The position numbers and the translations under genes were made by a program. The notes below the pieces were generated by a model. That model did no database searches, had not been told where the DNA came from, and saw only the letters and a program-made list of their open reading frames with translations. 64,000 nucleotides of DNA from NCBI GenBank assembly GCA_965223265.1, contig OZ244999.1, forward strand, positions 6,624,001-6,688,000, read 5' to 3'. This document shows, one piece after another, positions 1-9,784 of this stretch. This DNA is from Planctomycetota bacterium. GTDB lineage: Bacteria > Planctomycetota > UBA8108 > SXIK01. Position 1 is the first letter of the stretch. The number at the start of each line of letters is the position of its first letter.

Positions 1-2841
1 TTCGTTGGCAGCGCTGAATTCCTCCAGAGTGAGACGCCGCACCCGTCCGTAGCCGACTGCCAGGGTGTACGCTTCATAGTTGCCGCGCGCGGAATCGTCT
101 TGAAAGAGCACCGGAAAACCTGGGTTGGTCCACTCTTCGGCACGCGCTCGCGCCAGTGGCGTGTCAGGAAGATACGCCAGCGGTTCGAGCGCGAACACGC
201 CGCTGAGGCGATCGTGCACCGATCTCACTTCAGGCAGATTCAGCGCTTCGGTAGGATCCAGACCGGTATCCGCGACGACCGTAAACGCATAGACAAAGCC
301 ATCGTCGGCGCGCACGCGCTTCATCGAACCGACGTAGTAATCACGGCTGGCGCGCAGTCCGATCAGCCGGTTGTACTCCTCGGGACCGAGCGCCGGGAAA
401 CGTTCGGGAAAGGTCGTAACCAAAAACTCCTGGTGCAGCTGATGGATCGACGTGTTTTGAAACGCCGGCGGCAACAGGTCGGCATCGTCGCGCGCTGGCA
501 CGACGAACTTGGTCTCCCGCTCTCCGGGCTTCGCGCCGCGCGATGCAATCGCCACATCGAGAAAATCCCGCTGGGTGCAAATACGCGGCAAGAAATCCAG
601 CGTCGAAGGCGCGCGAGACACATTGAGAAAGGAAATGATCTGATTCTCGGAGCGGTTCACAGCAACGAGGTCGAGGCGCCCGTCGCCGTTCACATCCCCG
701 GTCGTGGCATAGCGCGGCCCGGTCCGGGGCGGCTCGATCGTAGGTGTCTCAATGAAATAAAAGAGCGGCGTCCGAAACGTGCCGTCGCCGCGGTTGATGA
801 ACACAGTCAGGTTGAGCGAAAGCTCGTTGACGGTGACAATATCGAGGTGCCCATCACCGTTGTAGTCTCCGGAGGTCATCGTGTACGGCAAGCGAACCGG
901 GTAAGTGCGCACCGTCTCGAGCCGCATCGCGCCGCGGTTTTCGATGATGGCAAGTTCCGAGCTCGTTTCATTCACCGTCGCCAGATCCTCGTCACCGTCG
1001 CCATCCCAATCGCCGGCAATGACGAAGAACGGTCTTCCGAAAGGGTCGATCGAACCGATATGGGTCAGGGTCCCCAGCGGCGCGTTCTCCAGTATCTCAA
1101 CGCTTCCCGATTGATTTGCTGCCGCCAGATCCAAGTCGCCGTCACGGTCAAGATCGACGGCGACAACGCCGTTAAACCGGCCCGAAATCCTGATCGTCTC
1201 GCTGTTGGCGAACGTCCCATCGCCGCCGTTGCGATAGATGGTGATTGCCGAACCGCTGTTCGCGGTGACGATTTCCGGAAAGCGGTCACCGTCGAGGTCA
1301 GCGGAGATCGAGTAGAATGGATCCCGGCTGCCAAGGTACGTCTCTCGTGACGCAAAGCTCTGACCGTCGTAGTTAAGAAAGACTTCGATCTTGATGTCGA
1401 AAAGGAACGGGACCACGAAATCGAGCTGACCGTTCTGATCGAAGTCATCGACACTGGCCGCATTCAGATAGCCGTCCGACCTATCGGTGTAGCCGATCGA
1501 GAACGCTCCATTTCCGTCGTTTTCGGCGAGAGTGATGAGTCCGCCAGCTCCATGGCCCATGATGGCGTCCACGTCGCCGTCACCGTCGATGTCGCCGAGC
1601 GCCGGCGGGCTGTGCGGTCGGCCGCCGGCACCGTACGTCGTACTCACGAAACTCGTCTCTCGGCCGCTGACGAGGATTCCGAGCGCATCCGAACGCGTCT
1701 TGCCGGTCGCAATGTCAACACCACCGTCACCGTTCAGGTCGGCGATCGCGAGGCTCTGCGAAACGCCCTCGATCGGGAAACTGACGTGAGCTCGCAGTGA
1801 GCCAGATTCGTTGATGATGGCGGCGACTTCACGCGTCGGCAATCCGGCGACAACGTCCGTGTCACCGTCACCGTCGACGTCACCAAGTTCGAAGTGAGTC
1901 GCATCCAGGCGAAACACCGACGCTAAGGCCAACGATCGGTCGGAGCTTGACACCGAGATCACGTGGATACCTTCGCCGCCGAGGACGAGAAGTTCGGGCG
2001 CTTCGTCGCCGCTGAGGTCTGCGGCCCGCACCGCGCGGGCGTCGGCGGTGGCGACCGACTCCGCCCCCCGCTCGAAACCGCTCTCCGTGTTCCACAGAAC
2101 GGCTACCCGTCCGCCCTCAACCAGCGCGATGTCCGGGCGCCCGTCGCCGTCCAGGTCGGACGCCATCATCGCCGCCGGCACCCCTCCTGCGTCCACCGCC
2201 TCCGTCGCAAAACCACGCTCGGGCTGACGGCGCACGAGTGAGAGCTGAGTCGAGTCGGCGTGCGACACGATGATGTCCGTATCGCCGTCGGCATCAAAGT
2301 CGGCGGACGACATCAGGAGACCGCCGATCAGCGCCACCAGATCGGCGTCGCGCGGATACGTTCGTTCGCCGTCGTTCCAAACAAAAAAAACGCCCTCGGC
2401 CCCAAGGCTGGCCACGTCGAGCTCGCCGTCGGCATCGAAATCTCCCACACTGATCTCGAACGTATCCGCGCCAACACGGCGGTAGACGGGGGTGCCGAGA
2501 TCGCCGATCTCGTCTTGATAGAAGATGCCGATCGTGCTACCCGCGGGTCCGAGGCTGGCACTGAGGAGATCCTCCCGGCCGTCGCCGTCGAAGTCACGGG
2601 TTACGACGCGGCGCGGCAGACCGCGCTGCTGAAGCCGTGGCACCGAAAGACCGAACTGGAGTAAGTCCAGCTCGCACTCATCGGGGAACCCGTTGCCGTT
2701 GCAATCCTCGGACACCGAGCTCGAGACGTCGACGGTGTCGTCCGCGCCGTTGCCGTTGCAGTCGGCCGCAGAAACGAACGGAGCCGCCACGAAAAACAAC
2801 CCGAACACGGCGAAGTTGATATTGGCGCCGATGCGTAGCAA
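1..2841 (-). CDS. Secreted FG-GAP/VCBS repeat (beta-propeller) protein with DCNGNG-Cys repeats and a non-repeat C-terminal domain; 3' end lies outside the window
   Basis: Not in the ORF track because it runs off the edge. Manual translation from TTG at 2841 (GGAGG upstream): MLRIGANINFAVFGLFFVAAPFVSAADCNGNGADDTVDVSSSVSEDCNGNGFPDECE, then ~13-14 DxDGDGxxDL-type motifs (DFDGDGREDLL, DLDGDGRPDIA, DVNGDGRLDLV), ending ...GNYEAYTLAVGYGRVRRLTLEEFSAANE at base 1. Confidence 0.85.
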   Translation of the reverse strand, partial: MLRIGANINFAVFGLFFVAAPFVSAADCNGNGADDTVDVSSSVSEDCNGNGFPDECELDLLQFGLSVPRLQQRGLPRRVVTRDFDGDGREDLLSASLGPAGSTIGIFYQDEIGDLGTPVYRRVGADTFEISVGDFDADGELDVASLGAEGVFFVWNDGERTYPRDADLVALIGGLLMSSADFDADGDTDIIVSHADSTQLSLVRRQPERGFATEAVDAGGVPAAMMASDLDGDGRPDIALVEGGRVAVLWNTESGFERGAESVATADARAVRAADLSGDEAPELLVLGGEGIHVISVSSSDRSLALASVFRLDATHFELGDVDGDGDTDVVAGLPTREVAAIINESGSLRAHVSFPIEGVSQSLAIADLNGDGGVDIATGKTRSDALGILVSGRETSFVSTTYGAGGRPHSPPALGDIDGDGDVDAIMGHGAGGLITLAENDGNGAFSIGYTDRSDGYLNAASVDDFDQNGQLDFVVPFLFDIKIEVFLNYDGQSFASRETYLGSRDPFYSISADLDGDRFPEIVTANSGSAITIYRNGGDGTFANSETIRISGRFNGVVAVDLDRDGDLDLAAANQSGSVEILENAPLGTLTHIGSIDPFGRPFFVIAGDWDGDGDEDLATVNETSSELAIIENRGAMRLETVRTYPVRLPYTMTSGDYNGDGHLDIVTVNELSLNLTVFINRGDGTFRTPLFYFIETPTIEPPRTGPRYATTGDVNGDGRLDLVAVNRSENQIISFLNVSRAPSTLDFLPRICTQRDFLDVAIASRGAKPGERETKFVVPARDDADLLPPAFQNTSIHQLHQEFLVTTFPERFPALGPEEYNRLIGLRASRDYYVGSMKRVRADDGFVYAFTVVADTGLDPTEALNLPEVRSVHDRLSGVFALEPLAYLPDTPLARARAEEWTNPGFPVLFQDDSARGNYEAYTLAVGYGRVRRLTLEEFSAANE

Positions 2842-3090
2842 AAAACCCTCCCGCGGTGACGTGAATATGCCTCTTGTTCGCCCGACCAGGCGCACGACCC
2901 CCCACGAGTCTCTCGGCTCCCCCGTCCATTCGACAAGAGTGCATCGTACCGGATCAACGGCGCGTTTCCGAGTCGGTTTTGCCTCGGTACGGATCGACGC
3001 CGCGACGCAGCTGACACACCCGCTCAAGAAACGAATTCACGAACTAGCGCAAGAACCGTCACGCGGTCGGAGCCGTCGTCGGCGCGGTTA

Positions 3091-3252
3091 ACAGCCCGTT
3101 GAAAAAGTCATTCGGCCGAAGAAACTGGCCTCTTCACGCCCAGCTCGACCGCGTCAATACTCGAAAATCCCGAAGATTGCCTGCGTTTGCCGCGGCCGAT
3201 CTGGACGCGAAGAGACCAGTTTTCGGCTCGAAGCACTTTTTCAACAGGCTGT
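3091..3252. repeat. MITE-like foldback repeat, copy 1 (162 bp)
   Basis: Terminal IR ACAGCCCGTTGAAAAAGT / ACTTTTTCAACAGGCTGT, flanked by TA on both sides; homologous (inverted) to 32460-32643 and 60078-60259. Confidence 0.85.
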
Positions 3253-6200
3253 TAAGTGTGCGTTCAGCCTGTCAGCGATGCACTCAAGGTTTTCCGCCGC
3301 CAGAACCTCGTGGTGAGACCCCGCAACGGAAACAACCGTGACGCCCCCGGAAGCGACTTCGCCCCAGCCGAGATCGGGACGGTCGCGGTTGATCCATGCC
3401 ACCTCCTCGGCTCGGAAGAGCACAACCTGCCCGTCATAGATGCCCGGTCGATAGCGTTTTCGGGCCGGGCGTGTGACGCACTCGAAGAAGTGCTCGGCCT
3501 CGAGCTTCACCGGGAGACTTCGGCCGAGTCGGTGACACAACTCACCACCCGCAAGAAGCGCGAGACGGCGCAGACGCTGACGTGCGGCGCGCGCCGATGT
3601 CGTGAGATTGCCAACACCGCTTCGCAGCAGATACCCGAACTTCGCAGTCGGAGATAGCGCATCCAGTGCTTGCGCGTGCTGCTTCCAGTCCGTTCGGCGC
3701 AAAAACGCGCTCGGCAAACTCGTGTCCAGTACCGCGAGCAAAGACACTCCGCAGCCTCGGCTACGGAGTTGCCGAGCCATTTCGAGCGCGACGAGCCCGC
3801 CAAACGAGTAACCGCACAATCGGTACGGTTCAAGCGGAGGAACGCGCGTCACAAGCTCGTCGACGTAGAGCGCTGCGAGTGCCTCGACGGTTGCCGGTCG
3901 TGCGTCTAAAAATGCCCGCATCGGCGGCTGAACCGCAAGGACAGGAACGCCCTCCTCGAGACGTTTCGCCAACTCGACGTAGTGGTGAACGCGCCCCTTG
4001 CCGCAGTGAACACAAATGAGCGGCGATCGATCGCCCCCGTCGCGCAGCGGCACGAGGATCTCAGTCGACGACGAGCGCGATCTTGATCGAGCGGACGAAG
4101 CGGATGGAGGGGAGGATTGCGTGACATCGAGCGCCGCAGCCATCCCCTCCAGTGCGGGCGACTGAAACACGGAGGCCAATGACAGCTCCGCTCGGAACTC
4201 GCGCTTGACGTGCCGAACGAGCTCCAGCGCCAGAAGAGAGTGACCGCCAAGCTCAAAGAAGTCATCCGCTATGCCGACGCGCTCGACCCCAAGCAAATGA
4301 CACCAAATCGTCGCGAGCCGCCGCTCGGTCTCGCTCCGCGGCGGCTCGAACCGGCGCGCCCCAACGCGAGTACCGGCGAGTCCGCCCGAGCGGTCGACTC
4401 GTGTGCGGTCGCCGGTCTCGAGGTCGTCTGCCGAGTCGCAAATCGCGGGCAGTGCACGTCGGTTCACTTTCATGCTGGTTGTCAGCGGCAATGACTCGAG
4501 CTGGACGTAGTGCGACGGGATCATCACGGTCGACAGTTTCGTGCGCAGAAACTCGTCCAGTTGGCGCGATGTCGGGACGACGCCAGCTGCAGTGACGAAG
4601 TAGGCAGCGAGGCGTCCTCCATGTGCGTCTGGCCACAGACGAAGTGCCGCCGCATCGATCGATTCATGTTCGCAAAGCGCTTCTTCGATGGGGGCAACGT
4701 CGACGCGCTGGCCGCGCACCTTGACCTCGAGACCAAGTCGCTGGAGGACCTCGATGCCGCCGTCCGGACGCGCCCTGCCGTCGTCACCAGTGTTCAAGCT
4801 GCGCCGCGTGGACTTTGCTCGCGGCCTTTCCGACGCCGAGGAGCATTCCCCGCGTCCCAACCAAGCGTGAGGCGATGCCGCCAAGAATTCCGACTCGACG
4901 CAGATCTGGCCACGAATGTCGGTCTCGTCGCCGGTCGCATTTCGTAGGGACATGCGCACTCCTCTCACAGCTTCGCCAATCGAGAGTCGCTCGCGTCGCA
5001 CGTCGCTGGTGTGACTGTACCGTGCCCAGCTGACGAGCGAGCACTCCGTGGAACCGTAGAGGTTAAACAGTGTGCAGTCGCTTGCCGTCACCGCACGGAA
5101 AACATCGAAGTCTGCACGCGTCGCTGGTTCTCCGCCAAGGACCACGGCACGCAGCGAACTTTGAACCAGATCCGCCCCATCGCGAGACCCTAACGCTGTT
5201 TGCTCGCGATCGGCGGACGATCGTGAACTCCACAGCGCGCGGAAGACCGTCGGCGTTGAGTGAAACACCGTCACATTGGCGTTCGAGATCCATGCCTCGA
5301 GTTCCGTCGCGCCATCTGTGTCGAAGCCCCAAGGTAGTAGCTCTGCGCCAGCGAGGAGGGCGCCGAAGGTATCGAGAAGAAACGCGTCGAAAGTGTAGGC
5401 TGCGAGGAGAAGGAAACGGTCGCTCGGACGCGCGTCGAGCATGCGCTGGTAGTTGTCGACGTGGTGTAGGAGCGCTCGCTCGCTTTGCACCACTGCTTTC
5501 GGCGCCGCGGTCGATCCGGATGTATACAACAGGTACGCGGGTCGATGGTCGCGATGGTCGCGATGGCCAGCCACCGCCTCAGCCGACGTGCTCGCTTCAA
5601 GAATTTGGTCGCAGATGATGACTGTGCGCCCCGCCCCAGCCGCTTGGCGCGCCAGCGCCTCGTGCGCGGAGTCAGCGATGACGAGCTCGGCGTCGGCGTC
5701 GGAAAGTATGGCGGCGAGACGCTCACGGGGCTCCTTTGTGTGCATCGGCACGAACGTCTTGCCCGCTTTGACGACCCCTAGAAGAACCGCTACCATCGGC
5801 GCGTCGTGCTCAAGAAGGAGCGCCACGCGGCCGTCGCGATCACCAAGGCGATCATGAACTGCAGCGGCAACGGCTGTCGAGCGACGATCCAGCTCGTCGT
5901 ACGACCAACGGTAGCGCGGACTCCTGACCGAGCCGCGGGGACCGTGTTTTCGCACGACCTCCGCGAATCTCTCGGCGATCGACGCTTGGCCGCACGGCCG
6001 TTCATTCTTGTTTGCTGCAACCGCCGCCAAGGGTTGGTTCTGCGAAGTCGACGCGAGAGACGCGATCGCGACACTGGAATCCACCACCGCCGCACAAAGC
6101 AGTCTCTGGTATTGAGCGAGAAGCCATTCCACGGTCTCAGGCTCGTAGCGCTCGCGGCGAAATCGGCAGACGCACTCAAGTCCGGCGCTGGTGTGTTCGA

Positions 6201-7503
6201 AGGCGAATTCGAGATCGAGTCGTGCGAACGGCGACTCCAGCTCAACACGCTCCATACGCAAGCCGCTCTCGCTCGCCAGCGCCTGAGGATAGTTCCGCAG
6301 CTGCAGAGATACCTGCGCGAGCCCATGGTCTGCTGCAGTGCCGTTCGGCCGCGCCGCTTCAACGATCTTCTCAAACGGTAAGTGCGCGTGCTCGTAGACG
6401 CCGAGGGCTACCTGGCGAACGCGCCCGAGGAATTCGGCGAAGGATGGCTCGCCAGCCGCATCAAGGCGCAGGATGACGGTGTTGACGAAAAAGCCGATCA
6501 TCTCTTCGGTCTCGAGGAGCGATCGACCGGCGACCGGAGTCTCGATCCGGAGATCCGTCTCGCGTGTCTGATGCGTCAGGAGCACTCCGAGTCCTGCAGC
6601 GAGTGCCATGAAAAGCGTGGCTTCCCGCTCCGCCGCTAGCTGCGTGAGCTGCTCTGCGAATCGACGCGGCCACGTCACTCTCACCGCAGACCCGGCCGCC
6701 GCCGACTCTGTTCCGGACGTGCGCAGCGAGGATCGATCTGCAGCGACGTCGAGCGCCACTGCAGGTCTGTCCAGGTAGCGGCTCCAAAACGCCACTGAGT
6801 CTCGCATCGAAGCATCCGCGACGAACTGTCGGCGCTGCCACGCGGCGAAATCGGCGTACTGCAGCTTCTGCCTTTCGAGCTCGATCGTGTCGCCCCGAGC
6901 GAGCACGTGATAGGCGCGGTTCAGTTGGTCGACAAAGAGATTCCACGACCAGCCGTCGAAAACGCTGTGATGCGCGACAATCACTAGCATGTGAGCGTTC
7001 CGTTCGAGCTGCAGCAGACAGCCGTGGATGAGAGGTCCTTCGGCAAGCGAGATTCGCTGACGTGCAAGCGCCTGGGCTTCCTGCGTGCACGCCGCGTCGC
7101 GCTCCGCGACCGGCACCGACGTGAGATCGACATCGCGCAGGACAAACTCAACGCTCGGCTTGACGAGCTGCACGGGCAAAGAGTCGCTGTCGTGATACAC
7201 CGTACGCAGAATGTCGTGACGCGTGAGCAGCGTGTTGAGACTCTCCTTGAGGACATCGCGCTGGAGATCGCCGCTGAGTCGTAGCCCTCGCAGCGTGTTG
7301 TAGACGATCGCTCCAGGGTCGATCTGGTCGAGCAACCAGAGGCGCTGCTGACCGAAGGAGAGCAAGGCCGGTTCGTCGGGAGGACGCGCAGTTAGGGCGA
7401 CAACTCGTGGCTGTCCGCTGTCACGCTTTGCCTTTAACCGCGCCAAGAGCTGCGACCGCTGCTGAGGTGACAGTCGCGCCAGACGCGCGTCGAGATCACT
7501 CAC
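3241..7503 (-). CDS. Non-ribosomal peptide synthetase, C-A-T-TE
   Basis: C domain HHSVFDGWS; A domain YTSGSTAAPK, NLYGSTE, TGD; PCP FFELGGHSL; TE GYSFGG; N-terminal docking-like DARLARLSPQQRSQL. GTG at 7503 after GGAGG preferred over the ORF-track start at 7557. Confidence 0.93.
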   Translation of the reverse strand: MSDLDARLARLSPQQRSQLLARLKAKRDSGQPRVVALTARPPDEPALLSFGQQRLWLLDQIDPGAIVYNTLRGLRLSGDLQRDVLKESLNTLLTRHDILRTVYHDSDSLPVQLVKPSVEFVLRDVDLTSVPVAERDAACTQEAQALARQRISLAEGPLIHGCLLQLERNAHMLVIVAHHSVFDGWSWNLFVDQLNRAYHVLARGDTIELERQKLQYADFAAWQRRQFVADASMRDSVAFWSRYLDRPAVALDVAADRSSLRTSGTESAAAGSAVRVTWPRRFAEQLTQLAAEREATLFMALAAGLGVLLTHQTRETDLRIETPVAGRSLLETEEMIGFFVNTVILRLDAAGEPSFAEFLGRVRQVALGVYEHAHLPFEKIVEAARPNGTAADHGLAQVSLQLRNYPQALASESGLRMERVELESPFARLDLEFAFEHTSAGLECVCRFRRERYEPETVEWLLAQYQRLLCAAVVDSSVAIASLASTSQNQPLAAVAANKNERPCGQASIAERFAEVVRKHGPRGSVRSPRYRWSYDELDRRSTAVAAAVHDRLGDRDGRVALLLEHDAPMVAVLLGVVKAGKTFVPMHTKEPRERLAAILSDADAELVIADSAHEALARQAAGAGRTVIICDQILEASTSAEAVAGHRDHRDHRPAYLLYTSGSTAAPKAVVQSERALLHHVDNYQRMLDARPSDRFLLLAAYTFDAFLLDTFGALLAGAELLPWGFDTDGATELEAWISNANVTVFHSTPTVFRALWSSRSSADREQTALGSRDGADLVQSSLRAVVLGGEPATRADFDVFRAVTASDCTLFNLYGSTECSLVSWARYSHTSDVRRERLSIGEAVRGVRMSLRNATGDETDIRGQICVESEFLAASPHAWLGRGECSSASERPRAKSTRRSLNTGDDGRARPDGGIEVLQRLGLEVKVRGQRVDVAPIEEALCEHESIDAAALRLWPDAHGGRLAAYFVTAAGVVPTSRQLDEFLRTKLSTVMIPSHYVQLESLPLTTSMKVNRRALPAICDSADDLETGDRTRVDRSGGLAGTRVGARRFEPPRSETERRLATIWCHLLGVERVGIADDFFELGGHSLLALELVRHVKREFRAELSLASVFQSPALEGMAAALDVTQSSPPSASSARSRSRSSSTEILVPLRDGGDRSPLICVHCGKGRVHHYVELAKRLEEGVPVLAVQPPMRAFLDARPATVEALAALYVDELVTRVPPLEPYRLCGYSFGGLVALEMARQLRSRGCGVSLLAVLDTSLPSAFLRRTDWKQHAQALDALSPTAKFGYLLRSGVGNLTTSARAARQRLRRLALLAGGELCHRLGRSLPVKLEAEHFFECVTRPARKRYRPGIYDGQVVLFRAEEVAWINRDRPDLGWGEVASGGVTVVSVAGSHHEVLAAENLECIADRLNAHLTAC

Positions 7504-7519
7504 GATCACCCTCCCGGAC

Positions 7520-9562
7520 TCAGACGGTCCGGACTTCACTTTGATCGCCGGCGTCAAGCTGGTCGCCGCCGAGCAAGCGCTCGAGCTCGTCCGGAGACAG
7601 CTGCTCGAGTTCTGAAGCGAGGGCCTCGATCTCGCCTCCGATCACGACCGCATCCGAAGCATCGGGACGCGCTTCGCCCGTCGATTGGCCAAGCTCGTCT
7701 AGCGCGGCAGCGAATTCGTGCAGTTTCGGTGTGACGAAAAAGAGTCGAATCGGGGCGGCCTCGAATCCGGTTTGCTGCAATCGCGCGAGGATGCGAGCGG
7801 CGCGGATCGAGTCGCCACCGAGCTCGAAGAAGTGATCGTTTCGTCCCACCGAGTCGATGCCGAGAGCGTCCTTCCAAAGCCCAGCGAGCAGAGTCTCGGT
7901 CGGAGTTCCCGGGGGAACGAAGGAACTCGCTCCGTCTGACGCGTCGGTGATCCCCAGTCGCTCGGCCAGACCGATTCTCTGCAGTTTTCCGGTCGGCCCT
8001 TTCGGGATGTCATCGACGAAGATCAAGCGCTTCGGCGTCTTAAACGACGATAGCCGCTCGAGGAGGAACTCTCGCAGCTCGGTTTCCGTCGGCGAGGACT
8101 GGGACGCAAGGACAACCGCCGCCGCAACCTCTTCGCCAAGCGCTGCATGCGGTACCCCGAACGCAACAGCCTGCCGTACGCCTGGATGGCTGAGGAGCGC
8201 TTCGTCGATCTCGCGTGGGGCAATCGTCTCGCCGCCGCGGTTAATGATCTCCTTGAGTCGGCCGGTGAGAAAGAGATACCCGTCGGCGTCGAAATACCCC
8301 TGATCCCCGGTGCGAAACCACCCGTTCTCAAACGCTGCGGTGTGCGCCGACACTTTGCCGCCACTTGTACCGTTGTCACCGTCGATGCTGGCATGCTCCA
8401 CATGGACATTGCCACTGGCCGCAGCAACGTCGTCAACCGGGACCACGTATCCGGACATGACGTTCTCGCCCCGGATGACAACCTCGCCGACTTCTCCCTG
8501 GGGCAAAAGGCGTCCGTCGCCGCCCATGATCGACACGTCAGGGCCTTGCGAGATCCCGACCGAACCCGGCTTGCGCGCTGCTGGCGGCAGAGGGTTCGAG
8601 CACATCTGATGCGCCGCTTCGGTCATGCCGTACGCTTCGACCACCGGGGCACCGAAGACCTGCTCGAGCTCCCTCATGACTGCGGGCGGTAGTGATGCCG
8701 ACGACGAACGAATCAATCGAAACGGCGCCGCAGAAGAAAGCGCATTTGGGTCGTCGCGGAGCGTCGACAGAATCGCCTGATGCATCGTCGGCACCGCCGT
8801 ATACCAGCTAGGACAAAGCTCGTCGACCCAGTCCGTAAATCGTTCGGCCGAGAATCCCGGCGTACAGACAACACAGCCGCCGGCATGAAGTGACGCCAAG
8901 AGTGCCGCCACAATTCCATGAATGTGGAAGAGCGGCATGATATTGAGACACGTGTCTTGCGGCGACAGGGCCAACGTCGCTGCAACGTTGCGCGCCGAAG
9001 CGCAAAGGTTCGCCTGCGACAGCGGCACGATTTTTGGCCTCGACGTCGTGCCGGAGGTGTGCAGTACGAGCGCCGTATCGCTAGCACATGGCAAACCCGC
9101 GCTCGATGCGCCAGCGTGCAGTCTCCCGTCGGTAGTGAGCTCGAAAGTTCCGGCGGCAGCGTCTGGATCGGCCTTCACGCGCAGGACGCGGATGCCGCGT
9201 GCGGCGGCGACCTCCACCGCAGGGGAATCGTCACCGGCCGCGACGACCAGCGCCTTGGCTTTCAGATCATGCAAATAGAAGTCGAATTCAGGCGCCCGGT
9301 AACGCGGATTGAGGGGCGCGCTGACGCTGTGACTCGCAACCGCGAGCAGGGTGGCGGCCATCTCCGGACCGTTGTCGAGAGCCAAGGCGACCGAATCGGC
9401 GGCGCCGATACCGGCAGCTCTGAGTGCTGCACCGGCCGCTTGCACGTGCTCCCACAGCATGCGGTAGGAGGAGGGGGCACGGCCCGGAGCAGTGATGGCG
9501 ATGGCGCCGGGCTGCAGCCGCGCTTGCCGTTCGAGGAGTTCCGCTAACGTCGTGTGATCCAA
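7520..9562 (-). CDS. Oxalate-CoA ligase (AAE3/Pcs60)-like adenylation domain fused to a carrier protein (A-T loading module)
   Basis: LHTSGTTSRPKIVPL, MPLFHIHG, WYTAVPTMHQ, IRSSSASL, EAYGMTEAAHQMCSNPLPP, PKGPTGKLQR; PCP FFELGGDSIRA; likely TTG start at 9562 after GGAGA (ORF track starts at 9727). Confidence 0.88.
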   Translation of the reverse strand: MDHTTLAELLERQARLQPGAIAITAPGRAPSSYRMLWEHVQAAGAALRAAGIGAADSVALALDNGPEMAATLLAVASHSVSAPLNPRYRAPEFDFYLHDLKAKALVVAAGDDSPAVEVAAARGIRVLRVKADPDAAAGTFELTTDGRLHAGASSAGLPCASDTALVLHTSGTTSRPKIVPLSQANLCASARNVAATLALSPQDTCLNIMPLFHIHGIVAALLASLHAGGCVVCTPGFSAERFTDWVDELCPSWYTAVPTMHQAILSTLRDDPNALSSAAPFRLIRSSSASLPPAVMRELEQVFGAPVVEAYGMTEAAHQMCSNPLPPAARKPGSVGISQGPDVSIMGGDGRLLPQGEVGEVVIRGENVMSGYVVPVDDVAAASGNVHVEHASIDGDNGTSGGKVSAHTAAFENGWFRTGDQGYFDADGYLFLTGRLKEIINRGGETIAPREIDEALLSHPGVRQAVAFGVPHAALGEEVAAAVVLASQSSPTETELREFLLERLSSFKTPKRLIFVDDIPKGPTGKLQRIGLAERLGITDASDGASSFVPPGTPTETLLAGLWKDALGIDSVGRNDHFFELGGDSIRAARILARLQQTGFEAAPIRLFFVTPKLHEFAAALDELGQSTGEARPDASDAVVIGGEIEALASELEQLSPDELERLLGGDQLDAGDQSEVRTV

Positions 9563-9784
9563 GTGACGTCTCCATCTGCTGACTATGCGATGGAGAAGGA
9601 TAGGATGCGGAAGCCGCGGCAGCGAAGAGGTCGACGATGTTATCGAGCCTCCGGGGCGGGCGAATCGGCGCGCCGGGAGCCACGCCGTCACACGCACGAC
9701 GTCGAACGCCTGGGGTGCGGATGTCACACCGTGACGACGAAGAGCGACAACGGAGCCGCCACGGCCCTCGAAGTAAGCGGCCGG

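Noticed and set aside
100-2664. Plus-strand ORFs (e.g. 100-1350, 416 aa)
   Set aside because: Antisense shadows of the FG-GAP gene on the minus strand; no recognisable motifs
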